From positions 1 through 31,268 of IMG/VR virus record IMGVR_UViG_3300037483_001105: DNA of 31,268 bases; one strand, given 5' to 3'. The notes beneath the pieces are model-generated. The model saw nothing but the letters and a program-made list of their open reading frames with translations, ran no database searches and was not told where the DNA came from. The stretch comes from a virus. Taxonomy: Duplodnaviria > Caudoviricetes. The number at the start of each line of letters is the position of its first letter. Position 1 is the stretch's first letter. Made by a program: the position numbers and the translations under genes. Positions 1-6,849 of this stretch are shown here, one piece after another.

Positions 1-224
1 TGACCCTACTGGCCATCGACAAGGACGGCGAGTGGGCAATCGGTTGGACCGGAGACACACTTCGCGGCTCGCTGGGAGGCATGCTCTGGGGCCCGTGGTA
101 TACGCGGGAGTTGGCTGAGCACGCCCTGCGGCTCTGCCTCGCGGATATGTCACAGGATGCTCGTCGACCAGCGCTGATTCGGCGCAGTGGCATAACTTAC
201 GGCGCGCGCTGGCTCGAGGCCTGA
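1..224 (+). CDS. Hypothetical protein, 5' end at the window edge (TLLAIDKDGEWAIGW...GARWLEA*)
   Basis: Own translation: the frame starting at base 3 is open to TGA 222-224. The window begins with TG, possibly the last two bases of a start codon. Confidence 0.5.
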   Translation, partial: TLLAIDKDGEWAIGWTGDTLRGSLGGMLWGPWYTRELAEHALRLCLADMSQDARRPALIRRSGITYGARWLEA

Positions 225-293
225 GATACGAGACGCCGGGGTGCTTACGCCACCGCCCCCAGGCACAGTGAACAGCCGACTACGGAGGACGAA

Positions 294-545
294 ATGACCC
301 TGGTCCTGGAGTTGCTGCACAAGTCGAACGGCTGGGAGGTGTGGCCGGCGATCGAATCATGGGAGGGCCGCAAAGAGTGGGACCGAGATACCTCGCGCCG
401 AGCTATCGGCCACGACCCGGCGGACGCGGAGCCCAACGAGCTCGCCGCAAGAGCCATGGCCGCCGCTGTCGCGCGTCTGGCTCGGACTCGGTATCACTGG
501 AGCCATGTCGAGGTTCGAGTATGCCGACCTGCCCCTGGTACGTGA
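294..545 (+). CDS. Hypothetical phage protein (83 aa)
   Basis: GGAGG Shine-Dalgarno just upstream of ATG 294; first gene of an overlapping plus-strand cluster. Confidence 0.6.
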   Translation: MTLVLELLHKSNGWEVWPAIESWEGRKEWDRDTSRRAIGHDPADAEPNELAARAMAAAVARLARTRYHWSHVEVRVCRPAPGT

Positions 546-826
546 GCGCGCACGCGGTGCGCCGGTACATCGAGCTCACCCGCTCGAGCCTCTCCTTCGA
601 CGACGCGAGCGACGCGCTCATCGAGTTGTGCGCCCGCACGTGGGCGCACCACCAGACCACCGGGAAGCAGCCGACGATCAGCAGGACGGGCGCGTACGTC
701 TACCGCACGCCTCGCCCGGAGAGGCTCAAGTTGGTGGTCTCGACGACACCGCGACCCGAGGGCCCAAAGGATCAGGTCGTCGACGTGGGCCCAGCATTCG
801 AAGGGCAAGGAGGACAACACCAATGA
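521..826 (+). CDS. Small protein with an S-x-H-A-x-x-R motif; possible RelE/BECR-like RNase fold (101 aa)
   Basis: MPTCPWYVSAHAVRRYIE... within ORF 341..826. Two helices are followed by short beta strands (AYVYR, LKLVVS, QVVDV). Its stop overlaps the next ATG (ATGA). Confidence 0.5.
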   Translation: MPTCPWYVSAHAVRRYIELTRSSLSFDDASDALIELCARTWAHHQTTGKQPTISRTGAYVYRTPRPERLKLVVSTTPRPEGPKDQVVDVGPAFEGQGGQHQ

Positions 827-1131
827 ACAACGCCGACCCCAGGAAGCGATGCATCTTCCCCGGCTGTGGCCGCCAGGTGCGCTATGCGGGGCTCTGCTCC
901 GGGCACGTGTCGCAAAGGGACCACGACCCAAAGCGGCCGCTGCGCCCTCTGCTGGGTCCTCATGGTCTGATCGGCGAGGGACCCAAGACGCTGCTCGGCG
1001 TGCGGGTCTCGGACAAGTGCCTGGCCGAGCTGGACCTGGACGAGACGTCGAAGAGCCGCACGGCCACCGCAGCGCTCGTGCTCGAGGACTGGGCGGTCGA
1101 GCAGCGGCGCAAGCGGGAGGCGGGGCGATGA
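823..1131 (+). CDS. CCCH zinc-finger + ribbon-helix-helix-like protein, paralogue 1 (102 aa)
   Basis: AGGAGG SD and ATGA overlap at 823; CIFPGC-x9-CSGH; C-terminal LGVRVSDKCLAELD...TAALVLEDWA. Confidence 0.7.
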   Translation: MNNADPRKRCIFPGCGRQVRYAGLCSGHVSQRDHDPKRPLRPLLGPHGLIGEGPKTLLGVRVSDKCLAELDLDETSKSRTATAALVLEDWAVEQRRKREAGR

Positions 1132-1469
1132 CCAGCGAGGCCTGCATCGGCCCCCAGTGCAGTCGCCCGGCGCGCGTGCGTGGGTACTGCCTGGCGCACT
1201 ACCGGCAGCTACTTCGCAGGCGCAAAGGCAAGCGCGCCCCGAAGCTTGTCCCGCTGCGAGCCCCGAGGTGGGGGGATGCGCGGCTCGTGCAGCTCTCGGT
1301 GCGGGTCACCCGGGCCTGCGTGGCCGAGCTCGACGACGTGCAGCCGGAGCGCAGCGGCACCGCGAGGCTCGTGCTCGAGGCATGGGCGATGCGGCGGAGA
1401 ATGGATCGCGATGCGGAGCTGCTCGCCGACCCAGACCCAGGGCCGCTGCTCCGCCGATCGCGCCGGTAG
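1128..1469 (+). CDS. CCCH zinc-finger + ribbon-helix-helix-like protein, paralogue 2 (113 aa)
   Basis: GGGAGG SD and ATGA overlap at 1128; CIGPQC-x9-CLAH; LSVRVTRACVAELD...TARLVLEAWA. Confidence 0.7.
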   Translation: MTSEACIGPQCSRPARVRGYCLAHYRQLLRRRKGKRAPKLVPLRAPRWGDARLVQLSVRVTRACVAELDDVQPERSGTARLVLEAWAMRRRMDRDAELLADPDPGPLLRRSRR

Positions 1470-1515
1470 AAACGGCGAAGAGCCCAACCCTCGGCGTGAG
1501 GATTGGGCTCTTCGC
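1468..1515 (-). terminator. Intrinsic terminator ending the late operon (possibly bidirectional)
   Basis: GCGAAGAGCCCAA (1475-1487) and TTGGGCTCTTCGC (1503-1515) form a perfect inverted repeat, extended by CCTC/GAGG. On the minus strand the single mismatch becomes a G-U pair, giving an 18-bp stem followed by CGUUUCU. It lies between convergent genes. Confidence 0.8.
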
Positions 1516-1532
1516 TTGGGCGCTGGCGCTGG

Positions 1533-1823
1533 TTACGGTCTGATCGTCACCTGGCCCGACGAGACGAGCCGCTGCCCCGAGCTCGTGTCGACCGTGCAGT
1601 CGATCTGGTAGAGCGAGCCTGCGACCCCTCCACCGACGAGCTGGGCCACCGTTGCGCCGGCGATGGTCGCGGTGCCTTGAAAGGTCGGGGCACCGGAGCC
1701 GCTTACGATGGTCGCCACGAGCGCCGCGGCGGTCAGCGTCTCCGATTCGCCGAGCAGGGCTCCGAAGTCGAACGCCACGATCTGGACTTCCGCGACTCGC
1801 TTTGATCTGAAGTACGTGATCAT
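1533..1823 (-). CDS. Small Ig-like virion protein; phage fibre/tail adaptor-like
   Basis: Pattern K..AE....FDF..LL..SETL...GG..G..Y.I.C.V.T..G, typical of ~95-aa beta-sandwich fibre-adaptor proteins. Confidence 0.65.
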   Translation of the reverse strand: MITYFRSKRVAEVQIVAFDFGALLGESETLTAAALVATIVSGSGAPTFQGTATIAGATVAQLVGGGVAGSLYQIDCTVDTSSGQRLVSSGQVTIRP

Positions 1824-2105
1824 CTACCACCCAATCCTGATCTGTCCGAGCTCGCTCGGAGCGCGCATGCCACGCTCGGCAAGACGGCTCTCCAGGTGCT
1901 CGATTGCCCTGGCGACTATCACCGGGGCATCGCGAGCAAGCGCGTTCACGTTCTCGGGATTGATCGTCAGATGATCGACACGCACGAAGTTGACCTGCTC
2001 GCCATGCGCGGAAAGACGTCTCGCGCAGAGCAAGAACCTCGCAGCGAGCAGATAGCCTATTTGGCGCCCAGACCGCGGGGCCAGAACCCTATATTGGCGA
2101 TTCAT
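1824..2105 (-). CDS. Hypothetical protein (93 aa)
   Basis: GAAGGAG SD before ATG 2105 (MNRQYRV...); its stop abuts the next ATG. Confidence 0.6.
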   Translation of the reverse strand: MNRQYRVLAPRSGRQIGYLLAARFLLCARRLSAHGEQVNFVRVDHLTINPENVNALARDAPVIVARAIEHLESRLAERGMRAPSELGQIRIGW

Positions 2106-2349
2106 CTGGCTCTCCTTCCTTCTCGCGATCACCCCGCTCCAGCGATGGAGTCCTGCCGTATTTCGTCAGAGCGCAGAGCGCGTGCACGACCGCGCGCAGG
2201 CAGTGGCCCTCGAAGTCTCCGGCCGAGATGATGGGGGGACCCATGCCGCGCATCGTCCGCTCTGCCTCGAGCTCGGCCAGCCTCACCCAATGCGCGAGCG
2301 ACTGGCGCATACGCGCGGGCATGGGAGGAGGTTGGAGATCTGAGATCAT
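2089..2349 (-). CDS. Hypothetical protein, ISAGDFEG motif; paralogue of 4037..4276
   Basis: MRQSLAHWVRLAELEAERTMRGMGPPIISAGDFEG aligns with 4037..4276; it abuts the upstream stop. Confidence 0.7.
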   Translation of the reverse strand: MISDLQPPPMPARMRQSLAHWVRLAELEAERTMRGMGPPIISAGDFEGHCLRAVVHALCALTKYGRTPSLERGDREKEGEPDESPI

Positions 2350-2571
2350 TCAGCTATTCCCAAGGAGTTCGCCGATCGCCAGGAACTCGTAGTCGATGTC
2401 GAAGAGCCATTCTTCGGTGTCGAAGGGCCACCAATGGCTCGCCGACCACCAATGCCCCGAGGCGCAGAAGTACACGAACACGCGCGGGCAATCGGCACCG
2501 ACGAGGCGGCCAAGCTCGCCCAGGGTCCAGCCTTCGGGCTCGCCACAGCGAGGGCAGATCTCGGCGTTCAC
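2350..2571 (-). CDS. Small Trp-rich zinc-ribbon-like protein (73 aa, GTG start)
   Basis: CPRC...CPR...CASGHWW; fills the gap between neighbouring genes in the operon. Confidence 0.55.
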   Translation of the reverse strand: MNAEICPRCGEPEGWTLGELGRLVGADCPRVFVYFCASGHWWSASHWWPFDTEEWLFDIDYEFLAIGELLGNS

Positions 2572-2587
2572 CGGCGACGGCGACGAC

Positions 2588-2995
2588 CTAGAACTGATGC
2601 AAGGCGCGCCATGCTCGCGCGCGGTCCAGCGGGGTGACGGGCTCGGCGACGGGGACGGGCGGGGCCTCGGACAGCAATCCCTGCGCGGTGCTGGCCTTCG
2701 GCGAGCTCCACGAGATGTAGGTGTCCACCGCGCACTTTGCGACCGGGCCGAACTTGAGCAGGATCGCATCGAGCAGCCCGAGGTAGTTTCCGGATTCGAC
2801 GGCCGATGAGACCTCGAGGAATGCGTCCACGGCCTGGAGACCGCAGGCCTTGATCTCCATGGGGACCACCACGACGGCCTTCGAGAACAGAGCGCACGCC
2901 GAGAGCCCGCCGATGAGCGGCAGCGTCAGCAGGCCCACGACGAGCAGCTTCGAGGCGGTGGGCGAAACGGGAAGGGTGACGGGGTTATCTGCCAT
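2588..2995 (-). CDS. Predicted lipoprotein in the lysis region (possible spanin component)
   Basis: GAGGAG SD; hydrophobic stretch ending in lipobox LSAC; two further Cys; lies downstream of the endolysin and holin. Confidence 0.7.
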   Translation of the reverse strand: MADNPVTLPVSPTASKLLVVGLLTLPLIGGLSACALFSKAVVVVPMEIKACGLQAVDAFLEVSSAVESGNYLGLLDAILLKFGPVAKCAVDTYISWSSPKASTAQGLLSEAPPVPVAEPVTPLDRARAWRALHQF

Positions 2996-3010
2996 CGGAG
3001 ATCTCCTCAA

Positions 3011-3513
3011 TCAATGCAGTGGGTGGTACGTGGGGGGCATCTAAGGGTTCGGCGCGCTCGCTACCGGTGCCGCCGGCGCTGGGGATGCCACCTTCACATC
3101 GCGCACGGCCGACTCGATGCGGCTCGCGAGGAATTGCTCGGTCGTGGCCATGTCCTTCAGCCCCATGATTTCCATCAGCGCATCGAGCCCCGGCTGGCCG
3201 AGGTAACTCTTCACCTTCGAGAGCGCCGCGTCGCGCGCTGCGCCGGCAATCACCGAGGGCAGCTTGCCGTCGGCCGCCCCCTGCTTCGCCGCGTCGACCG
3301 TCACCTGGGCGATGGCTTTGACCACCGTGAAGATGACGGTGTCCGTGCGAATCAGCAGGGTCTTCAAGGTGTCGGACGCGACCTTCGCGTCGATGAAGTC
3401 CGCGAGCTTCTTTCCCGCCCAGGCGAGGAGGCCGAGCAGAATTGGAGCGAGCGCTGCAATGATGCCGGGCAGGATGTCTTTCATGGTGCCTTTCAGTGCA
3501 GTGGGGGTACGTG
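3011..3513. repeat. Imperfect ~22-nt direct repeat flanking the holin-like gene (3011-3032 and 3493-3513)
   Basis: TCAATGCAGTGGGTGGTACGTG versus TCAGTGCAGTGGG-GGTACGTG (one mismatch, one gap). The 3493-3513 copy is the endolysin 3' end. Confidence 0.7.
3041..3484 (-). CDS. Holin-like membrane protein (LL-H-like, single N-terminal TM)
   Basis: MKDILPGIIAALAPILLGLLAW TM segment, V..I.Q..VD..K....DGKL and terminal IESAV motifs; directly after the endolysin. Confidence 0.7.
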   Translation of the reverse strand: MKDILPGIIAALAPILLGLLAWAGKKLADFIDAKVASDTLKTLLIRTDTVIFTVVKAIAQVTVDAAKQGAADGKLPSVIAGAARDAALSKVKSYLGQPGLDALMEIMGLKDMATTEQFLASRIESAVRDVKVASPAPAAPVASAPNP

Positions 3514-4029
3514 CAGCACGTCCAGCGCCTTCTGGTAGTAGGCGTCGCGCTGCGCTTTGCCGTTCAGCCCGCCATTGATGCGACGGGTGATGCGGTCGAA
3601 TTCGTTCGCGTCGGCCAGCGCGTTGAGCCCGCGCGTGCGCCAGTACCAGGCCGCCACGCGGAACCCGACCTCGCGCTCGGCGGCGAGGTCCGGCGTCGAC
3701 TCCAGGTTCACGCCCAGGGCGTCGCCGGCGGCCCTGTAGTTCGCTCGGCCCGTGAGCTGGATCGGCCCGCGGCCCTTGTACTTGGGACCGTCGCCGGGGA
3801 AGACATTCCCAAGGTCCCTGCGCCCCTCGTAAGCCGCGCCGCTCGCGCCCTCGACCCAGGCGCGCAGCTCGCACGACTCGTGCGCCAGTTGCGCGAGGAA
3901 GGCGGCCACGCGCCTGGGGGTCGCGATCGAGGCCTCGATCAGGGCCTCGTTGAGGAACGGCAGGTAGAGCGCCGCCTTCTCGAGCGACAGGGTGGGCATG
4001 ATCTCGCACAAGTGAGCGAGGCTCAGCAT
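3493..4029 (-). CDS. Endolysin, glycoside hydrolase family 19
   Basis: FLAQLAHES, YEGRRDLGN..PGDG..YKGRGPIQLTGRANY and ITRRINGG.NG...R motifs. Confidence 0.93.
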   Translation of the reverse strand: MLSLAHLCEIMPTLSLEKAALYLPFLNEALIEASIATPRRVAAFLAQLAHESCELRAWVEGASGAAYEGRRDLGNVFPGDGPKYKGRGPIQLTGRANYRAAGDALGVNLESTPDLAAEREVGFRVAAWYWRTRGLNALADANEFDRITRRINGGLNGKAQRDAYYQKALDVLHVPPLH

Positions 4030-4036
4030 GGCGCGC

Positions 4037-4276
4037 TCAGCATGGTGGCTCCTTCTCCTCGGGCGGCGGGCGAGGGCGGTGCCTGTGCAAGATGCAGAAT
4101 TGATTTCGCCGCACGAATGCGGTCGCGAGCCGAGCGCCGCCGTCGATCATGTCGCCCTCGTAGTCTCCGGCCGAGATCATGGGGAGCTTGCGCCGCATCA
4201 AGAGCTCGGCCTGCACCTCCACCGCCTTGAGGTATGCCTTCAGCGTCCGGCGCATCGCGGGTGACAGGCCCTTCAT
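4037..4276 (-). CDS. Hypothetical protein, ISAGDYEG motif; paralogue of 2089..2349
   Basis: MRRTLKAYLKAVEVQAELLMRRKLPMISAGDYEG; fits between neighbouring operon genes. Confidence 0.7.
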   Translation of the reverse strand: MKGLSPAMRRTLKAYLKAVEVQAELLMRRKLPMISAGDYEGDMIDGGARLATAFVRRNQFCILHRHRPRPPPEEKEPPC

Positions 4277-4295
4277 TCGCCCTTCATGTAGAGGA

Positions 4296-4718
4296 TCATC
4301 GCTTCCCCTTCTGCTGTACGGCTTCGGCGTAGTCCTTCATCGCCTTGGTATTTTCCTTGATTGCGTCCTTCATGGCGTCGAGCGATGCCTTCATCATCTC
4401 GCTCGTCTTGTCGCTCGTCTTTTCCGAGGAGGTGATCATCCGTTCGGTCAGCCTCTCGTAGGCCGCCCGCTGCTCCTTGGATTGCTCGGCCGCGTTCTTG
4501 GCCTGCCAGACGATCAACGTCCCGAATCCGCCGAGGGCCACGCAAAGAGCGATGACCGCTCGAAGGCCGGCGTCCGCTCGCGAGTAATCCCGGGCGCGCT
4601 TGCCGGGCTTCTCGAGCATCGGCCCCAGGAACCGCTCGGCGAGCCGACCCGCGACGCCGAGCTTCGGGGAGTGCGCCGGCTCAGGCTCAGGCTCTGGCGG
4701 CTTGACCTCATCGGCCAC
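4296..4718 (-). CDS. Single-TM coiled-coil membrane protein (holin- or i-spanin-like)
   Basis: TM AVIALCVALGGFGTLIVW followed by a helical tail (IKENTKAMKD); GGAGG SD and GTG start overlapping the upstream lipoprotein gene. Confidence 0.65.
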   Translation of the reverse strand: MADEVKPPEPEPEPAHSPKLGVAGRLAERFLGPMLEKPGKRARDYSRADAGLRAVIALCVALGGFGTLIVWQAKNAAEQSKEQRAAYERLTERMITSSEKTSDKTSEMMKASLDAMKDAIKENTKAMKDYAEAVQQKGKR

Positions 4719-5046
4719 GGCGGGCCTCCGCCTCTCTCGCCCACGCTTTCATCGCCTCGTTCCACTCCTGCTGGGCCACGTAGTCAGGCGCGGACAAACA
4801 CTCCCAGAACATCTCGGGGCACCCCTTCGGTCGTCGCGTCACCACCTCCGGTTGGACCGGCGCAGGGCGGAGCCGTGGGACTGGCGGCGGTGACTGCTGG
4901 TGATGGCGCGCTGCCGACGGGGTCTCGCATTCGGCCGGCGCCGCGGGCTCTGGGACTGGGCACGTCGGCGGCGGACACGTGTTGGGCGCTTGGTGCGCGC
5001 AGGCCGAGCAGAGCAACACGGCGAGCAGCGAGACGCGCGCGGACAT
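4708..5046 (-). CDS. Pro-rich lipoprotein (o-spanin-like)
   Basis: MSARVSLLAVLLCSAC lipobox, Pro-rich linker, C-terminal helix with Trp residues; located in the lysis cassette. Confidence 0.65.
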   Translation of the reverse strand: MSARVSLLAVLLCSACAHQAPNTCPPPTCPVPEPAAPAECETPSAARHHQQSPPPVPRLRPAPVQPEVVTRRPKGCPEMFWECLSAPDYVAQQEWNEAMKAWAREAEARRGR

Positions 5047-5054
5047 TGCGACGT

Positions 5055-5153
5055 CTATCCGAGCGCTAGCCACGGCATCACGGCAGGCGGGATCCATGGG
5101 GTGCCGGTCGGGGAAACGGCGGGGGTCGATTCGGTATTCGATTCGTCGGGCAT
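5055..5153 (-). pseudogene. 32-aa ORF, probably the truncated 5' end of a membrane-protein gene (MPDESNTESTPAVSPTGTPWIPPAVMPWLALG*)
   Basis: Own translation. AGGAG SD 7 nt before ATG 5153; it stops just as a hydrophobic segment begins. Confidence 0.45.
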
Positions 5154-5163
5154 GTGAGGTCTC

Positions 5164-6261
5164 CTAGTTTGGCACATCGACTGGCGTCCTGGCAGACTCG
5201 ACCCAGTGAAGCTCGTCGAGCATTTCAAAAGTGATCGTCCTGTTGTATCCGTTAGCAGGATGAGTCCATGCGGACATCTTGTATACCGAATCCCACGTCA
5301 CGGCCCCCAAGGCGCCGCCCGTTGCGTTTGAAATCGTCACCGAAAAACGACGCACCCCAGGCATTCTAATCGGGGCACTCACGGCAAAAGTGTGCGAGTC
5401 ACCAGGAGCAATCCATATCATACTAGCGCGCGTCAGATCAGGTATCGCCAGGTATCCGTACGCGATCACTTCAGCCCACGGCGCGGAGTATGGGCCTTCC
5501 GCGATACGCAGACCCATACGAGTAAAGGCGATATTGGTAAGCCTTGACAATTGGGCATCTACCAGGAGCGGATCCTGCGAAGAAATGTTAAGCGACGATA
5601 GCAGCACTTCGTATATCGTCCCCGCGAATCCCGAGATATCGTCCCAGTGACAGCCGACCTTAAGCACTGAATCTGTCGGCAGAACCAAGGAGCCTACAGC
5701 AGACACCATAGGTCCGCCGTTTACCTTTACCGCATTCTGCACAGTCCACGCCCCCCACGACCCCATGCAGGCGAAAGCTACTACGTTTGGCTCTCCGATC
5801 GTCAGAGGCTCGGAGAACGCGGCGCCGGGGGCGTACCACCGCACCTGCCTGGCTTCGTTGGCAACGAGTTCCCAGCCAGAAGTTGGCGACATATTCGACA
5901 AAAACATCGACACGAACGGATGCGCGTCGGCAGCAACAGGCGTCGCTATTACCACCCCTAGAAAATCCACTACATCGGACACATCAACACCAGTGCCTAG
6001 CTCGATGTGATTGGCGCCAGAGAATAGCCGTGCCCCGGCCGGCATACGCCCTTGAGGAGGAGAATAGGTGGGCCCTGCCCCGACCGTTTTCCATTTGTTT
6101 CCAGCCAAATCAATTAGCGCCCCGTTGCGCCAAATCAAATGAATCAACGTGGAGGCGTCGTCGGGAAGCAGCGGTTCCCCCATTGCGTACGAATCCCCAG
6201 GAGTAGCCTTGCCTGGCCCGTATCCGACCGGAGATGGTCTATTGCTGAATACCGTGCTCAT
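5164..6261 (-). CDS. Putative receptor-binding/tail-appendage protein with a LamG/concanavalin-like beta-sandwich and a C-terminal beta domain
   Basis: Start MSTVFSNR (TGATG overlap); LKVG......FAGTIYEVLL LamG-type ending; C-terminal GALGAVTW...YK..WT.PA.G..R.I.F.......WVE..RT..DVPN. Visibly lower GC than the flanks. Confidence 0.65.
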   Translation of the reverse strand: MSTVFSNRPSPVGYGPGKATPGDSYAMGEPLLPDDASTLIHLIWRNGALIDLAGNKWKTVGAGPTYSPPQGRMPAGARLFSGANHIELGTGVDVSDVVDFLGVVIATPVAADAHPFVSMFLSNMSPTSGWELVANEARQVRWYAPGAAFSEPLTIGEPNVVAFACMGSWGAWTVQNAVKVNGGPMVSAVGSLVLPTDSVLKVGCHWDDISGFAGTIYEVLLSSLNISSQDPLLVDAQLSRLTNIAFTRMGLRIAEGPYSAPWAEVIAYGYLAIPDLTRASMIWIAPGDSHTFAVSAPIRMPGVRRFSVTISNATGGALGAVTWDSVYKMSAWTHPANGYNRTITFEMLDELHWVESARTPVDVPN

Positions 6262-6344
6262 CAAATCCCCTTCCCGCTGACGATCACGGTCAGCGCGCCG
6301 GTGCCCGAGGTGCGCGTGTAGATCACGCGAAGCATCCAGGTCAT
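6261..6344 (-). pseudogene. 27-aa mini-ORF duplicating the C-terminus of the upstream gene (MTWMLRVIYTRTSGTGALTVIVSGKGI)
   Basis: Own translation. Aligns to YLQVIYSRTSGAGALTVSVSSKG of 6341..6685; ATGA and TGATG overlaps on its two sides. Confidence 0.7.
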
Positions 6345-6685
6345 TGGACACCACCCTTAGAGCTGACGCTCACCGTCAGCGCGCCAGCTCCGGACGTCCT
6401 GCTGTAGATGACCTGCAGGTACGGGGCGGACGTGATCAGGTCCAGCATCACACTCCCAGGCGTGCCTGCGATCGCTGGGGCGCCGGTCGTGTCGAGATTC
6501 GCCCAGTTCACTTGGTCGTTGCTGACCTGCACCGCGTAGGAACCTACCGCGTTTGATGTCCAGGTCAGCTGGACCGACATGTTCTTGGCTGCCGGGATCG
6601 CCAACGTGGCGCTCACGAGAGAGGACTGCGACATGTCGCCGGCTGACATGATGGTGACCGGCAGCTCTTTCAGTGTGATTAGCAT
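6341..6685 (-). CDS. Small beta-sandwich virion/tail accessory protein (114 aa)
   Basis: GGAG SD; SVQLTW....G...VQVSND..NW......YLQVIY jelly-roll-like pattern. Confidence 0.75.
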   Translation of the reverse strand: MLITLKELPVTIMSAGDMSQSSLVSATLAIPAAKNMSVQLTWTSNAVGSYAVQVSNDQVNWANLDTTGAPAIAGTPGSVMLDLITSAPYLQVIYSRTSGAGALTVSVSSKGGVQ

Positions 6686-6849
6686 GTAGGCTCTCCAGTT
6701 AGACGGTCAGCGTGCGGTGTCGCCGTCACCTGAGGTGTATCGGACCATTCGGCGGCGGTTGACCCACCGCGGGGCCCAGGCGGACGCGGTGTTGGGACCT
6801 GGCATGGGGTTGGCAATGAGGGTGGCTCGATGTTTCGAGGAGACCGACG

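Noticed and set aside
6261-6425. Diversity-generating retroelement TR/VR pair suggested by the duplicated gene end near the fibre genes
   Set aside because: Differences are not adenine-specific and are often synonymous, and no reverse transcriptase is present in the window.
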